Origin: an uncultured bacterium
Lineage (GTDB): Bacteria; UBP14; UBA6098
Reading direction: 5' to 3'
Assembly (NCBI GenBank): GCA_964459995.1
Contig: CAYWOR010000006.1
Span: 12,005 to 76,004, forward strand
DNA length: 64,000 nt
Shown here: in pieces, positions 52,858 to 62,121 of the stretch
Position numbering within the stretch: position 1 is the stretch's first letter
Layout: each line of letters begins with the position of its first letter
The notes under the pieces: generated by a model
Database searches by the model: none
The model's input: only the letters and a program-made list of their open reading frames with translations
Told to the model about the DNA's origin: nothing
Translations under genes and position numbers: made by a program

Positions 52858-54780
52858 ATGGGCTTCAGATTTACTTACCTTACGATAATTCTCTTAATAT
52901 CATCGTCTATTTTTGCAGGGAACCTGCTTCTGCGGATTTACGATTCCACCGGAATTCCGGTTGACAGCGTCTTTGTCCGCGGAGACCTTCGCGACACACG
53001 AAGCCTTCGCGCATCGGTGCCGAGAGCATTTGCAGGACACGAATACAGAGTCGGCGTGTTTTTCGCGGATTCACCGGAGACCGAGCTTTTCAGCCTTCTA
53101 GAGCCGATGGATGTGGTCGATTACGCCAATCAAGCCGGATGGGCGCATATCGCCGCTACTGCGCTGAATGTTCCGAGCGGGGACACGGCCAATTTCGCAT
53201 GGTTCGCGGATTCCGCGAGGATTGCGGGCGGTGCTTATATCGCGGTATGGTCGGACAGCACCACATGGGCTTTTTTTGCGGACTCCGCAATGATAGCTCT
53301 TTTCGCGGATTCGGCATACCACTCCATTTTCTCTGATACCGCTGAATTCGCGCGGAATGCGGTAGTTCCGGACACCGTCGATTTCGCTTTTTGGGCGGAC
53401 AGCGCAAACTGGGCGCGTCGAGCCGATTCTTCGTCTTATGCCGACACATCGCTTTTTGCTTTCTTTGCAGATACAGCCGAATTTGCTCGAAATGCCATTG
53501 TGCCGGATTCCGTTCTCTACGCCGACAGCGCTAGTTGGGCGGACACAGCGGGATATTCCTTCGCTTCCGGTATTGCGGACACGGCGATAACCGCCTTGCT
53601 TGCCCTGTATGCAGTCAACGCCGAATCTTCGGTTTATGCCGATACTGCAGAATACGCACGGAATATGGATTTGCCGGACACAGTCGATTTCGCTTTTTGG
53701 GCGGACAGCGCGAACTGGGCACTTAGAGCCGATTCAGCAACCTTCGCCGACACCGCAGACTTCGCCCGGAACATCGATACATGCACTTTCGAGAAATACA
53801 TCGTCGTTGCGCCGAGTTGCGGCGATTACGACAATCTCGCGGACGCCTTCTCTGCGATACCACCCGGCGAGGAACAGTGGGTCATAAAAATTATGCCCGG
53901 CAACTACACCGTCTCGTCGCCCTTAACCCTCCCGACCCTCGTAACATTGAAAGGGGACGGCCCCGATGTCGTTTCGATTTTCCTCGGGGCGAATTTAACC
54001 ATGGGCAGTTTTTCCGCGATTCGGGACATACAGTTTAACGGCGGCGAGATTCATATGCAGGGCAATAACATACTCCAAAACTGTATTTTGGACACAACGG
54101 AGCTTTTCATCGACGGCAGTCAGGCGAACGCTTTGGACAGAATTATTTTCCGCGGCGACGGAGGTTATGTCGCAGTTCGAGTTGCGGCTTCGGCGGGTGT
54201 CAATCTTTTCGGATGCGCCTTCTACAACGGCCAAAGCGGAATCTCCGCGACAGCTAACGGTGCGCTTTTCAGAGCTGTGAACTGTATCTTTTATTCCATA
54301 ACACAAGCTTTCACGCTCACCGGCACCGGCGCAACCGGAATTCTGGAAAACTGCATCGCTTCAGCTTCGGGATACAGCCTCGGACTGACATCGATTTTGC
54401 AGATAGATTCGCCATCGAACGCGAGCTTCGGAATCTCCTATGCGGCAAATGTTATGTTTCTCGATCAGGCTCGCTACACCGGATACACGCCCTCTGGCGG
54501 CGATTGGAGCTGGACTGCATCGCCGAATCAGGTTGACGATGCCCTCGATAGGCTTTCAACACAGGTGCCGGCCCCCGGAAGGGATGTGCAGACACAGAGC
54601 TTAACCGCATCCGAGAGGGTAAACCTACCTATTTACAGCGGCGCGAATCCAACGCCCACAGGGCTTGCCTTCGCACCTGTTAACGGCGATATGATAATAT
54701 GGAACGACACATCGAGCGGAAACGACTATAAAATCTGCATCCGTGTCGGCGGACTTTGGGAGTGCGCGGACACAAACTAA
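52858..54780 (+). CDS. Secreted fibre-like protein: [AS]D[ST]A short-repeat shaft plus right-handed beta-helix, no T9SS CTD
   Basis: Signal peptide. About 220 aa of ADSA/ADTA repeats. Then a beta-helix-like region (IVVAPSCGDYDNLADAFSAIP.., NILQNCIL, AVNCIFYS, ILENCIAS). The C-terminal part contains SPNQVDDALDRL. Confidence 0.75.
   Translation: MGFRFTYLTIILLISSSIFAGNLLLRIYDSTGIPVDSVFVRGDLRDTRSLRASVPRAFAGHEYRVGVFFADSPETELFSLLEPMDVVDYANQAGWAHIAATALNVPSGDTANFAWFADSARIAGGAYIAVWSDSTTWAFFADSAMIALFADSAYHSIFSDTAEFARNAVVPDTVDFAFWADSANWARRADSSSYADTSLFAFFADTAEFARNAIVPDSVLYADSASWADTAGYSFASGIADTAITALLALYAVNAESSVYADTAEYARNMDLPDTVDFAFWADSANWALRADSATFADTADFARNIDTCTFEKYIVVAPSCGDYDNLADAFSAIPPGEEQWVIKIMPGNYTVSSPLTLPTLVTLKGDGPDVVSIFLGANLTMGSFSAIRDIQFNGGEIHMQGNNILQNCILDTTELFIDGSQANALDRIIFRGDGGYVAVRVAASAGVNLFGCAFYNGQSGISATANGALFRAVNCIFYSITQAFTLTGTGATGILENCIASASGYSLGLTSILQIDSPSNASFGISYAANVMFLDQARYTGYTPSGGDWSWTASPNQVDDALDRLSTQVPAPGRDVQTQSLTASERVNLPIYSGANPTPTGLAFAPVNGDMIIWNDTSSGNDYKICIRVGGLWECADTN
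53113..53781 (+). repeat. Coding short-period repeats ([AS]D[ST]Axx[WFY], periods 6/9/21 aa), including a 62-bp near-identical duplicate 306 bp apart
   Basis: Segments 53368-53429 and 53674-53735 are near-identical (ccggacacNgtcgatttcgctttttgggcggacagcgcNaactgggc...agccgattc). The protein-level units are FWADSANWARRADSSSYADTS and FWADSANWALRADSATFADTA. Confidence 0.65.
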
Positions 54781-54786
54781 TATGAT

Positions 54787-57700
54787 ATGAGGCGATTCTC
54801 TCTTGTCATAATTTTGCTACTGCCGCTTCTGGCCTTCGCGCAGGGGTTCTGCGTCGATTGGCTTCCGGTCTATCTTTGCGGAGAGAGTTGTTTTGAACCG
54901 ATTTTCTGCGATGGCATCGATAGTGTGTTCATCTACAGCACCATGGCGGATTCGAACCCGGATTTGACTACCGGAGAGTGGTTCCGGATTCCAATCGAAA
55001 CGCCAAGAATATGCAACGCGGCATTCCCCGGTCCGTCCGGATGGGTTTTCGGATGGGACAGCGTTTATGTTCGCGTCGATTCAGCCGGAACAACCCTCGA
55101 TAGCGTCCTCTGGATATTCCACTACCCCCCCGATTCCGGATGGACATCGAACATAGAAATTTGCCCGGGGGATTCGTCGCAGTTTTTCGTGAGATGGTTG
55201 AGTGTCGCAAGCGCTGAAGAATGGAACTTCGCGAGCGATTCGATATGGATTTCAAATACAACATCCCACCGCGCGGAAATCGGCTATAATATATGTATAG
55301 CTGTCGATCATCAGGCGTATTGGTCGCCGGACAGTTTTACTTCGCCCAACGGCATCGAAATAGATTCCCTCTACGACCCCTGTCAGTCCGCGGTCTGCAC
55401 GACATTCACCCTTCTGCCCGACGATGTCGTCGATGACGGATTTTACCAGATTTGTCCCGGCGTCTGCGAGACTTTGATAATCGCAACCTATTATGAATAC
55501 GATCATTGCCTCGTTTACGATTCCCTTCGATGGTGTTTTTACGACTCGACCGTCGCACCTGCCACCGAGCTTGCCGATACAATCGTTTTCTGCGCGGAGG
55601 ATTGCGGCACACTTTGGGTTTATTACGAGGATGTCGGCGGTTGCGGAGGGATTATCGACAGTTTCGCCGTGGTCGTGAACTGCATGGACTACGATATACG
55701 CGTCAACGGCGCGATTTACGACTCCACCGAGATGTTCTGCGAGGGTGACACGCTTCGACTTTGTCTTACCGGCGATTTGTGCTCGACTTTCGAATTTGAC
55801 GATGTCTGCTGGGACATCGGCGACAGCACACTATGCACTCTCTGCGTGGATGTCCGGCTGGATTCGAGCATGTGGGTTTATCTCGACATCGACGACTGCT
55901 GGGGTTGCGGCCTTCGCGATTCCATCCGCATAAGCACTTATCCGCGAATCGAGGTGGATCTGCTGATCGATGGCGGATGCGCGGGCGATTCGACCTTTTT
56001 CATCGTGGAACAGGCGGGAACGGTCGGTGTCGATTCCATCTACGTCGAGTTCGGAGACGGCGCGTGGGGCGGGTTTGCCGTCGATAGTCTTCCTTTTGTT
56101 TTCGGGCATCCCTACGGCGCGCCCGGAAATTATATAGCCATACTTACTTATTTCTCAGAATTCGGATGTCCCCTTCGCGACAGCATTTTAATAACGCAAT
56201 ATCATATCGCCGGTTCGCTTGAGGCTTATCCTAACCCGGTTTGCGCGGGGGGAGTTCTCACTCTGGACGCCTCCGCGAGCAGTGCCGAACCTCTCATAGC
56301 GATGAGCTATGAATTCTTTGCGCCGGATTCCTCCCCACTATGTGAATCCTCGACGGGGTCGATTTGCGTGGACACCGTTTATATTCCGGGTCTCTATTTT
56401 GTCGTGATCACCGCCGGCGGCTGTTCGGACACTTTTTACAGATGGGTCGATGTGATTCGCGCGGAAATCGATTCCGTGCCCGATGTATGCGCAATCGAGG
56501 GATGCACGAAATGTATCGAGCTTACCTCGACAGCCTATTCATGCACAACAGGAGCGGTTTTCGGTTATCGAAGGATTTTCGCGGATTCGGTCGGTGCATT
56601 GACAACCCTTCCGGGTTCGCTAATGTGCATTCCGCCGGTTTTGGACAGCACCTTTTATCGCACCTATTCATGGTGCAGTGGTTGCCCCGACGGCAAAGAC
56701 TCGACCGACATCCTGTTCGTCCCGGTGGATGTTGCAACCGGCCTTCGCGACACGATTATTTGCTACGGCGACCTCGTGCCGAACATATTGAACCCCGATT
56801 CCCTCGAAATCGAACCTCCCGCCTGCGATTTGATTGTTCAAGTGCTTTTCGAATACACCGATTCCCTCGGTGCTCATTCCGTGCTTCTTCGCGATTGGAT
56901 TTCGCCCTTCTCACTGCCGGTCTATTTCGGCTATGATGTTTTCGATCCCGGTCGTATTGTCTATCGTTTTGCGGTTTATGACGACACCACTTGCGTTCTG
57001 GAAGAATCGGCGGAACTGAGGCTTCTCCATCCGGTCGCGAACCTCGCAATCTCGCCGGATACCCTTTGCGAATTCGGCGCGGATTCGATTCTTTTCGACG
57101 CCTCTGGTTCTTTCTATAACTGCACCGGTTATCGAATGTCCTTCGCCTATTTTACGGTGGATTCGGACAGCGTTTTCTCGCCGATTTACCCCGACTACGG
57201 CTGTTGCGAACTCGACGCCGACAGCGTTATATGGCCGATGGAATTTTCGGCCGGCGAGAATCTTTTCGCGGTGATTGTCTGCATGGCGGATTCGCTCACA
57301 GGCGGAATTCTGGACTGTTGCGACACAGCTTTCGCGAGCCTTTTCGTTTGGGAGAGCTACACACCTACAATTTCCATAGCCCCGGAGTGCGCGCCGAACA
57401 CTGTTCTCGGCGGGGATTCGATTTTCGCTTCGATCGAGGATACTCTCGACTTCGATTCGGTAATTTGGGGACTCTCCTGCCCTGCATCGCTCGATTCTAT
57501 CGGAGAGGGAAATTCGGTCGCGGTCTTTGTGCCGGAAACGGCAGAAAGCCTTATTATATGCTTATCCGCCACAGCCGGACCTTGCACACTTTGTATTTGC
57601 GAGACTCTTCTCGTCGTGCGGCCCATAACCGCGCTGAATTGCGGCCCGGCAACCGCTTTCGAGGATTCACTATTCGAGTTCGATATCTCGGCATGTTTCG

Positions 57701-58842
57701 AAAATCCCTCCGGCTACGGTTATTCGATGGCTATCATTTCCGCGCCCTCTTCGGAAATTCTCCTCGCCGGCGAGGTTCTGACCTGGGATTCCCCCTCGAA
57801 TTGCGAGGTTGGGATTGGCAGTGTCTTTGTCGAGGTCATAAGCGAATCGCCATGCGCGGAGATTTGCACCATCGCTCTGGAAATCGTCGTCAGAAATGAA
57901 CATGATGCCATAGTGGGAATAGACGCGGCGTTCGGCACCGCATGCCTCGATTCCCTCGTCTTTGAAAGGCTGGACACAACCCTCGCGGAGCTTCTCTTGT
58001 GGGGCGCGGAGGGTTACTGCACGGATATAGGTCTTCGATTTTTAGCCGAAGATTCTCTCTGCGTCTGCGGTTTCCGCACCGACGAGACATTGGAGTGGGT
58101 TACTATCGACGAATTCACGGGAAGCTTCTCTGCCGACCATTCCCATGTCGCACGGGGAGTTTATCTCGGCGAAATCTACTTCAGCGACTGCCATTCGGAG
58201 GACACGATCCGTATCGAACTGAATATTCCCCATCACGCGCCGGAGTTTATCGGCGGATTCCGCGAGATTCTGATTCCGAACAGTCTCGACACAGCGATTG
58301 TATCCCTGCGCGATTTCATCGACACCGATGGCGACCCCATCGATTTCGACACATTCACGATAACCCGCAGAGACAATTACGACCGGCTTCAGCGTGCGGC
58401 TGACCTTATCGTTATTCGAGCCTCTGACCAATACTCGAACTATCCCGACGCGCCGGACACGCTTAGAATCACCGTTTCGGATACAACCGGCAGATCTGTC
58501 AATACCACAATTCTCGTATGGGTTTATGACCCCGACAAGATTGAAGTCGAGCCGGGAAAGCCTGAATTCACGGAGCTTTCTGGCGTTTATCCTAATCCGT
58601 TCAATGCTGTAGCCCACATCGAGGCGGCTTTCGCGGAACCCGATTTCGCCACAGTCGAGATATACGATATCTCCGGACGCAAAGTCTGCGATATTTTCCG
58701 CGGCCATGTCTTTGCGGGAAAATATAAATTCACATGGAACGGCGTCCATGACAGCGGCGCATCGGCAAGCTCCGGAGTTTATTTCGTGCGAATGACAGCC
58801 GGCGAGAAAAATTTCGTGAAATCAATCACACTACTCAAATAA
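54787..58842 (+). CDS. Giant Cys-rich secreted protein (1351 aa) with a PKD-like domain and T9SS CTD
   Basis: Signal peptide LLLPLLAFAQG. I counted 27 Cys in the first 470 residues. PKD signature VEFGDGAWGGF...GHPYGAPGNYIAILTY. A cadherin/He_PIG-like module lies near the C-terminus (HHAPEFIGGF...DTDGDPIDF). The CTD is VYPNPFNAVAHIEAAF..VEIYDISGRKV..WNGVHDSGASASSGVYFVRM..ITLLK. Confidence 0.8.
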   Translation: MRRFSLVIILLLPLLAFAQGFCVDWLPVYLCGESCFEPIFCDGIDSVFIYSTMADSNPDLTTGEWFRIPIETPRICNAAFPGPSGWVFGWDSVYVRVDSAGTTLDSVLWIFHYPPDSGWTSNIEICPGDSSQFFVRWLSVASAEEWNFASDSIWISNTTSHRAEIGYNICIAVDHQAYWSPDSFTSPNGIEIDSLYDPCQSAVCTTFTLLPDDVVDDGFYQICPGVCETLIIATYYEYDHCLVYDSLRWCFYDSTVAPATELADTIVFCAEDCGTLWVYYEDVGGCGGIIDSFAVVVNCMDYDIRVNGAIYDSTEMFCEGDTLRLCLTGDLCSTFEFDDVCWDIGDSTLCTLCVDVRLDSSMWVYLDIDDCWGCGLRDSIRISTYPRIEVDLLIDGGCAGDSTFFIVEQAGTVGVDSIYVEFGDGAWGGFAVDSLPFVFGHPYGAPGNYIAILTYFSEFGCPLRDSILITQYHIAGSLEAYPNPVCAGGVLTLDASASSAEPLIAMSYEFFAPDSSPLCESSTGSICVDTVYIPGLYFVVITAGGCSDTFYRWVDVIRAEIDSVPDVCAIEGCTKCIELTSTAYSCTTGAVFGYRRIFADSVGALTTLPGSLMCIPPVLDSTFYRTYSWCSGCPDGKDSTDILFVPVDVATGLRDTIICYGDLVPNILNPDSLEIEPPACDLIVQVLFEYTDSLGAHSVLLRDWISPFSLPVYFGYDVFDPGRIVYRFAVYDDTTCVLEESAELRLLHPVANLAISPDTLCEFGADSILFDASGSFYNCTGYRMSFAYFTVDSDSVFSPIYPDYGCCELDADSVIWPMEFSAGENLFAVIVCMADSLTGGILDCCDTAFASLFVWESYTPTISIAPECAPNTVLGGDSIFASIEDTLDFDSVIWGLSCPASLDSIGEGNSVAVFVPETAESLIICLSATAGPCTLCICETLLVVRPITALNCGPATAFEDSLFEFDISACFENPSGYGYSMAIISAPSSEILLAGEVLTWDSPSNCEVGIGSVFVEVISESPCAEICTIALEIVVRNEHDAIVGIDAAFGTACLDSLVFERLDTTLAELLLWGAEGYCTDIGLRFLAEDSLCVCGFRTDETLEWVTIDEFTGSFSADHSHVARGVYLGEIYFSDCHSEDTIRIELNIPHHAPEFIGGFREILIPNSLDTAIVSLRDFIDTDGDPIDFDTFTITRRDNYDRLQRAADLIVIRASDQYSNYPDAPDTLRITVSDTTGRSVNTTILVWVYDPDKIEVEPGKPEFTELSGVYPNPFNAVAHIEAAFAEPDFATVEIYDISGRKVCDIFRGHVFAGKYKFTWNGVHDSGASASSGVYFVRMTAGEKNFVKSITLLK

Positions 58843-61154
58843 TGCGTAAGTATAGATATATCATATTATTAGCAGTGATAATCGGCCTTTCATTCGGACA
58901 GCCGAACATACGCGCATATCAGGCGGAGGCGTGGAGCGCATTCTTGGTCGAGCCGCAGGGTGCGGGAGTTTATCTCGTCATTCGCGACAATCTCGACTCG
59001 ACACATTGGGCGGGCGCAATCGAGACCACGACAACCGTAACACTCCCAATCTGCCCGCCGGAAACACTCATTCTTAGCTATTCACTGCTGATAACGCCGG
59101 AAATTTCAGAAATCGCCGATTTGGGCGACCGCGTAGCGGTTCCAGGCGGATGGTTCCGTGTCGGCGCTGACTCCGACGACCAAGGTGCTCTCGAAACCCT
59201 CGGCATGCCGGAGTTCCTCTCCAGAAGAGCCTCTCCCGTGCGATGGGCTTATATCGACAGCTTTGAAATCGCTAAAATCGAGGCGTCTTGTTCCCTCTTT
59301 ATGAGCTTCATCGGCGAGGGCGGCTACGACGAGGAAACCTACTGGAGCATAGATGGCTGGGCCGCGAAAACCGCCCGCGGATGGACCGCGCCTTCTATCG
59401 CGATGATAGATTCATCCCTTCCGGTTCGCGGAATAAGCTATTATGAGGCCGAAGCCTTCGCGAAATGGCATGGCGCGGATTTACCGACCGAACTTCAGTG
59501 GGAAATTTCAGCCCGGTTCGATGTCCGCGATGTTTTCCCCTGGGGCGATGATTTCTGCCCCTCCGGAAGCCTCACCGCGAACATTCTCGACGCCTCCCAA
59601 TGCGCGCCCGACCCCTTCTCCGGCGGCCCGGGATATTCGGAATATTTTAACAACGATCTTTCGCCGACCGGTTGTTACTCCATGGGCGGCAATATCGCCG
59701 AATGGTGCCGTGACGCTTTCGACGAATACGATTTTTACGTCGAACTCGACCCTCTTGCGCCTTTTAATCTCGCCGACGGCCAAAAATCGGTGCGCGGCGG
59801 CGATTTCACCAAGTCGAACAGGTATGTCGCCTCACCGCTTTTCCGCACCGGTTTCGCGCCGGAAACCCGCGACGCCCATCTCGGAGTCCGCCTCGCATGG
59901 GAAACCGGCGACGGTGTCCCCAACGACTGGGTATCCCTCGAATTCGTCTTCGATTGCGAACCGCCGGACACAGTGGCCGTTATCTCCCCCGAATGCCTCA
60001 AATCGCAGTCCGCGGACACAATTCGTTTTGTTTTCACCGAACCTGTCGAGGGCGAGGTAATTCTTATTCCGGATTACGGGATCAATAATGAATTCATCGC
60101 CGAGACGCTTTTTATTATCACCGAAGCCGGATTTTTCGCCTATGGCGACTCAATCGGCATCGATATTTCCGGGATAACCGACACCGTCGAGAATCCAATC
60201 GGCATCGCGGATACCTTCTGGTTCAGCTTTTGCCTTTATGAGATAGATTTCGACTTCGCACCTGAGGCCATCTGCGCGCCGGCGGGTTGCTCTTTCGAGG
60301 TAATCGCGACCATCGTGAATTCGAGCGCCGATGTTCCTCTCGAAATCGATTCGGCCATCATCGGCGGATTTTTCGAGATTCTCGATTTCGCACCGGGAAC
60401 GCTTCCGCAGGGCGATTCGACTTCATTCACGATTCGATTCGACCCCGATACTGCGGGAACTTTCGCAGAAACCCTCTATATCTATCACTCGGACGGCGTC
60501 TTCGAGGAAATCATACCCGCCACCGCCTGCGACGACGACACCGTCTATTTTGCGCCCTCGGTCATCGAGCTGGAGGATGTTTACACCGCCCAATCCTGGG
60601 CTACTCAGCTTCGCTTCAGCATCTGCGAGACGTGTTCCCTTTTCGGCCTGCGGATTATCTCAGCCGAATGGACCAACGGCAGATATTTCGACGATAATGT
60701 TTGGATAAACACCGTGATGAACCTCGATTCCAGCGCCATCGCGGTCGAAATCAGCTACGACCCCTCCTCCGGCCTGACCGGCCTCGACGACGACACTCTG
60801 ACTGTAACCTTCGAGCCGGTTTCCGCGGTCTGCGATAAACCATACACCGCAAGGCTGATTATCGACATTACCGCCGAGGATTTCGAGTGTGTCCCGACTC
60901 CCGAATGCAGGGAAATCGAACGCGTCCGGCCCTGCGATGCCGTAATGGCGCCGGAAAGCATCTTTTTCACCGGCATATGCGAGGGCACGGTAAAAATTTA
61001 TGACCGCGTAGGCCGTTTCGTAATCGAACTCGCCCCGAATTCGATGAACACGGCCGAATGGAAACTTATCGACGAAAACGGCCATGCTGTGCCATCGGGA
61101 ATCTACTACTGGCAAAGCGGCAGTGAACATGGAAACATTGTGGTTGTAAGATAA
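58842..61154 (+). CDS. Secreted protein with FGE-sulfatase/SUMF1-fold (C-type-lectin-like) domain and a degenerate CTD
   Basis: The ATG overlaps the upstream TAA (TAATG). FGE-like motifs are VPGGWFRVGAD, ISYYEAEAFAKWHGADLPTELQWE, GNIAEWCRDAF and VRGGDF...HLGVRLA. The C-terminus VKIYDRVGRFVIEL...WKLIDENGHAVPSGIYYW lacks the PNPFN strand. Confidence 0.8.
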   Translation: MRKYRYIILLAVIIGLSFGQPNIRAYQAEAWSAFLVEPQGAGVYLVIRDNLDSTHWAGAIETTTTVTLPICPPETLILSYSLLITPEISEIADLGDRVAVPGGWFRVGADSDDQGALETLGMPEFLSRRASPVRWAYIDSFEIAKIEASCSLFMSFIGEGGYDEETYWSIDGWAAKTARGWTAPSIAMIDSSLPVRGISYYEAEAFAKWHGADLPTELQWEISARFDVRDVFPWGDDFCPSGSLTANILDASQCAPDPFSGGPGYSEYFNNDLSPTGCYSMGGNIAEWCRDAFDEYDFYVELDPLAPFNLADGQKSVRGGDFTKSNRYVASPLFRTGFAPETRDAHLGVRLAWETGDGVPNDWVSLEFVFDCEPPDTVAVISPECLKSQSADTIRFVFTEPVEGEVILIPDYGINNEFIAETLFIITEAGFFAYGDSIGIDISGITDTVENPIGIADTFWFSFCLYEIDFDFAPEAICAPAGCSFEVIATIVNSSADVPLEIDSAIIGGFFEILDFAPGTLPQGDSTSFTIRFDPDTAGTFAETLYIYHSDGVFEEIIPATACDDDTVYFAPSVIELEDVYTAQSWATQLRFSICETCSLFGLRIISAEWTNGRYFDDNVWINTVMNLDSSAIAVEISYDPSSGLTGLDDDTLTVTFEPVSAVCDKPYTARLIIDITAEDFECVPTPECREIERVRPCDAVMAPESIFFTGICEGTVKIYDRVGRFVIELAPNSMNTAEWKLIDENGHAVPSGIYYWQSGSEHGNIVVVR

Positions 61155-61155
61155 A

Positions 61156-62061
61156 TTGCGTATCCATATTCGACATAAAGCAATCATCCTCATCGCGGCT
61201 ATCGCCCTGACGACGAGCATAATCGCGCAGGAAGACCTTTTCCCGAAAAATGTCAAGGTCTCTTCAAGCTACCGGTCGAACCTTATCGGCGGCGAGGTGG
61301 ACACCCGCGCGCACATTCCGGCGGGAAGCTTCGTCTGGTCGCCACATATCTGGACTTACCAATCCACCGAGGGCTGGTCGGAATGGGATTTCGGCCTGCG
61401 TTCGGTTTTCACCTTCCGCCCAACCTGCGACTATCTTCCGCCGACAACCCCATGGCGCGTCATCGGTGAATTCTCGATGATAGGCGAATATCTCGACCTC
61501 TCCGCGCGCAACCCTTCGGCGTCTTTTACCACCAAGGGGCTTATACATCGCTATCGGCCGCATTTCGCTCTCGGTGTCGGAATGGACTCCGTGGGGATTT
61601 TCTGCCGAGAATGCACATGGCGATACACCGGCGAGATTACGGTCTCCGATTTCATTCCCATCCCCTATCAGTTCAGCCACGAGAGCGCGCCGGGGGAAAC
61701 CCTTTCCGCCGCAATTAACTTTGCGATGCGAATAGACACTCCGAGCGGCACAGTCGGCCTGCTCCAACGCTCCAACGCGCGCGAATATTTCGGCGAGGAC
61801 ATCTGGCGCGCCTACTACAGCTCCCCGATGATTTTCGATAAACTTCGTTTCATCTTCGGCTGGGAAACCGCCTACCTTGGGTTCGGACGCCTCGACCTCA
61901 ACCTCTCCCCCTTCGTCGATAGCGACGATTTCACTCTCCAATTCGGCGTGCACCTTCCGGCGGAGACATCCTTCTGGCAATGGCAACTCGGCGTCGTCTT
62001 CGAACCCTACCGAGAACCCCCCGGCAGACCCGGCTACAAGTCCGGCGGGTTGTGGGAGTAA
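61156..62061 (+). CDS. Hypothetical secreted protein (301 aa)
   Basis: A TTG start lies 1 nt after the upstream stop. Signal-like N-terminus KAIILIAAIALTTSIIAQ. Trp/Tyr/Phe-rich with no recognisable motif. The coding call rests mainly on operon packing. Confidence 0.5.
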   Translation: MRIHIRHKAIILIAAIALTTSIIAQEDLFPKNVKVSSSYRSNLIGGEVDTRAHIPAGSFVWSPHIWTYQSTEGWSEWDFGLRSVFTFRPTCDYLPPTTPWRVIGEFSMIGEYLDLSARNPSASFTTKGLIHRYRPHFALGVGMDSVGIFCRECTWRYTGEITVSDFIPIPYQFSHESAPGETLSAAINFAMRIDTPSGTVGLLQRSNAREYFGEDIWRAYYSSPMIFDKLRFIFGWETAYLGFGRLDLNLSPFVDSDDFTLQFGVHLPAETSFWQWQLGVVFEPYREPPGRPGYKSGGLWE

Positions 62062-62121
62062 TGGGGGATATGTTTTGTCGAAGAGAATTCTTCTGCAGAT
62101 TTAAGAAGGGGAAAGGCTATC

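Noticed and set aside
58842-61154. A diversity-generating retroelement target, since the FGE/CLec fold is the classic DGR variable-protein scaffold
   Set aside because: There is no reverse transcriptase gene and no Avd-like gene. By eye I found no second copy (template repeat) of the 3' end of the FGE domain anywhere in the 64 kb. The domain is also N-terminal rather than C-terminal.
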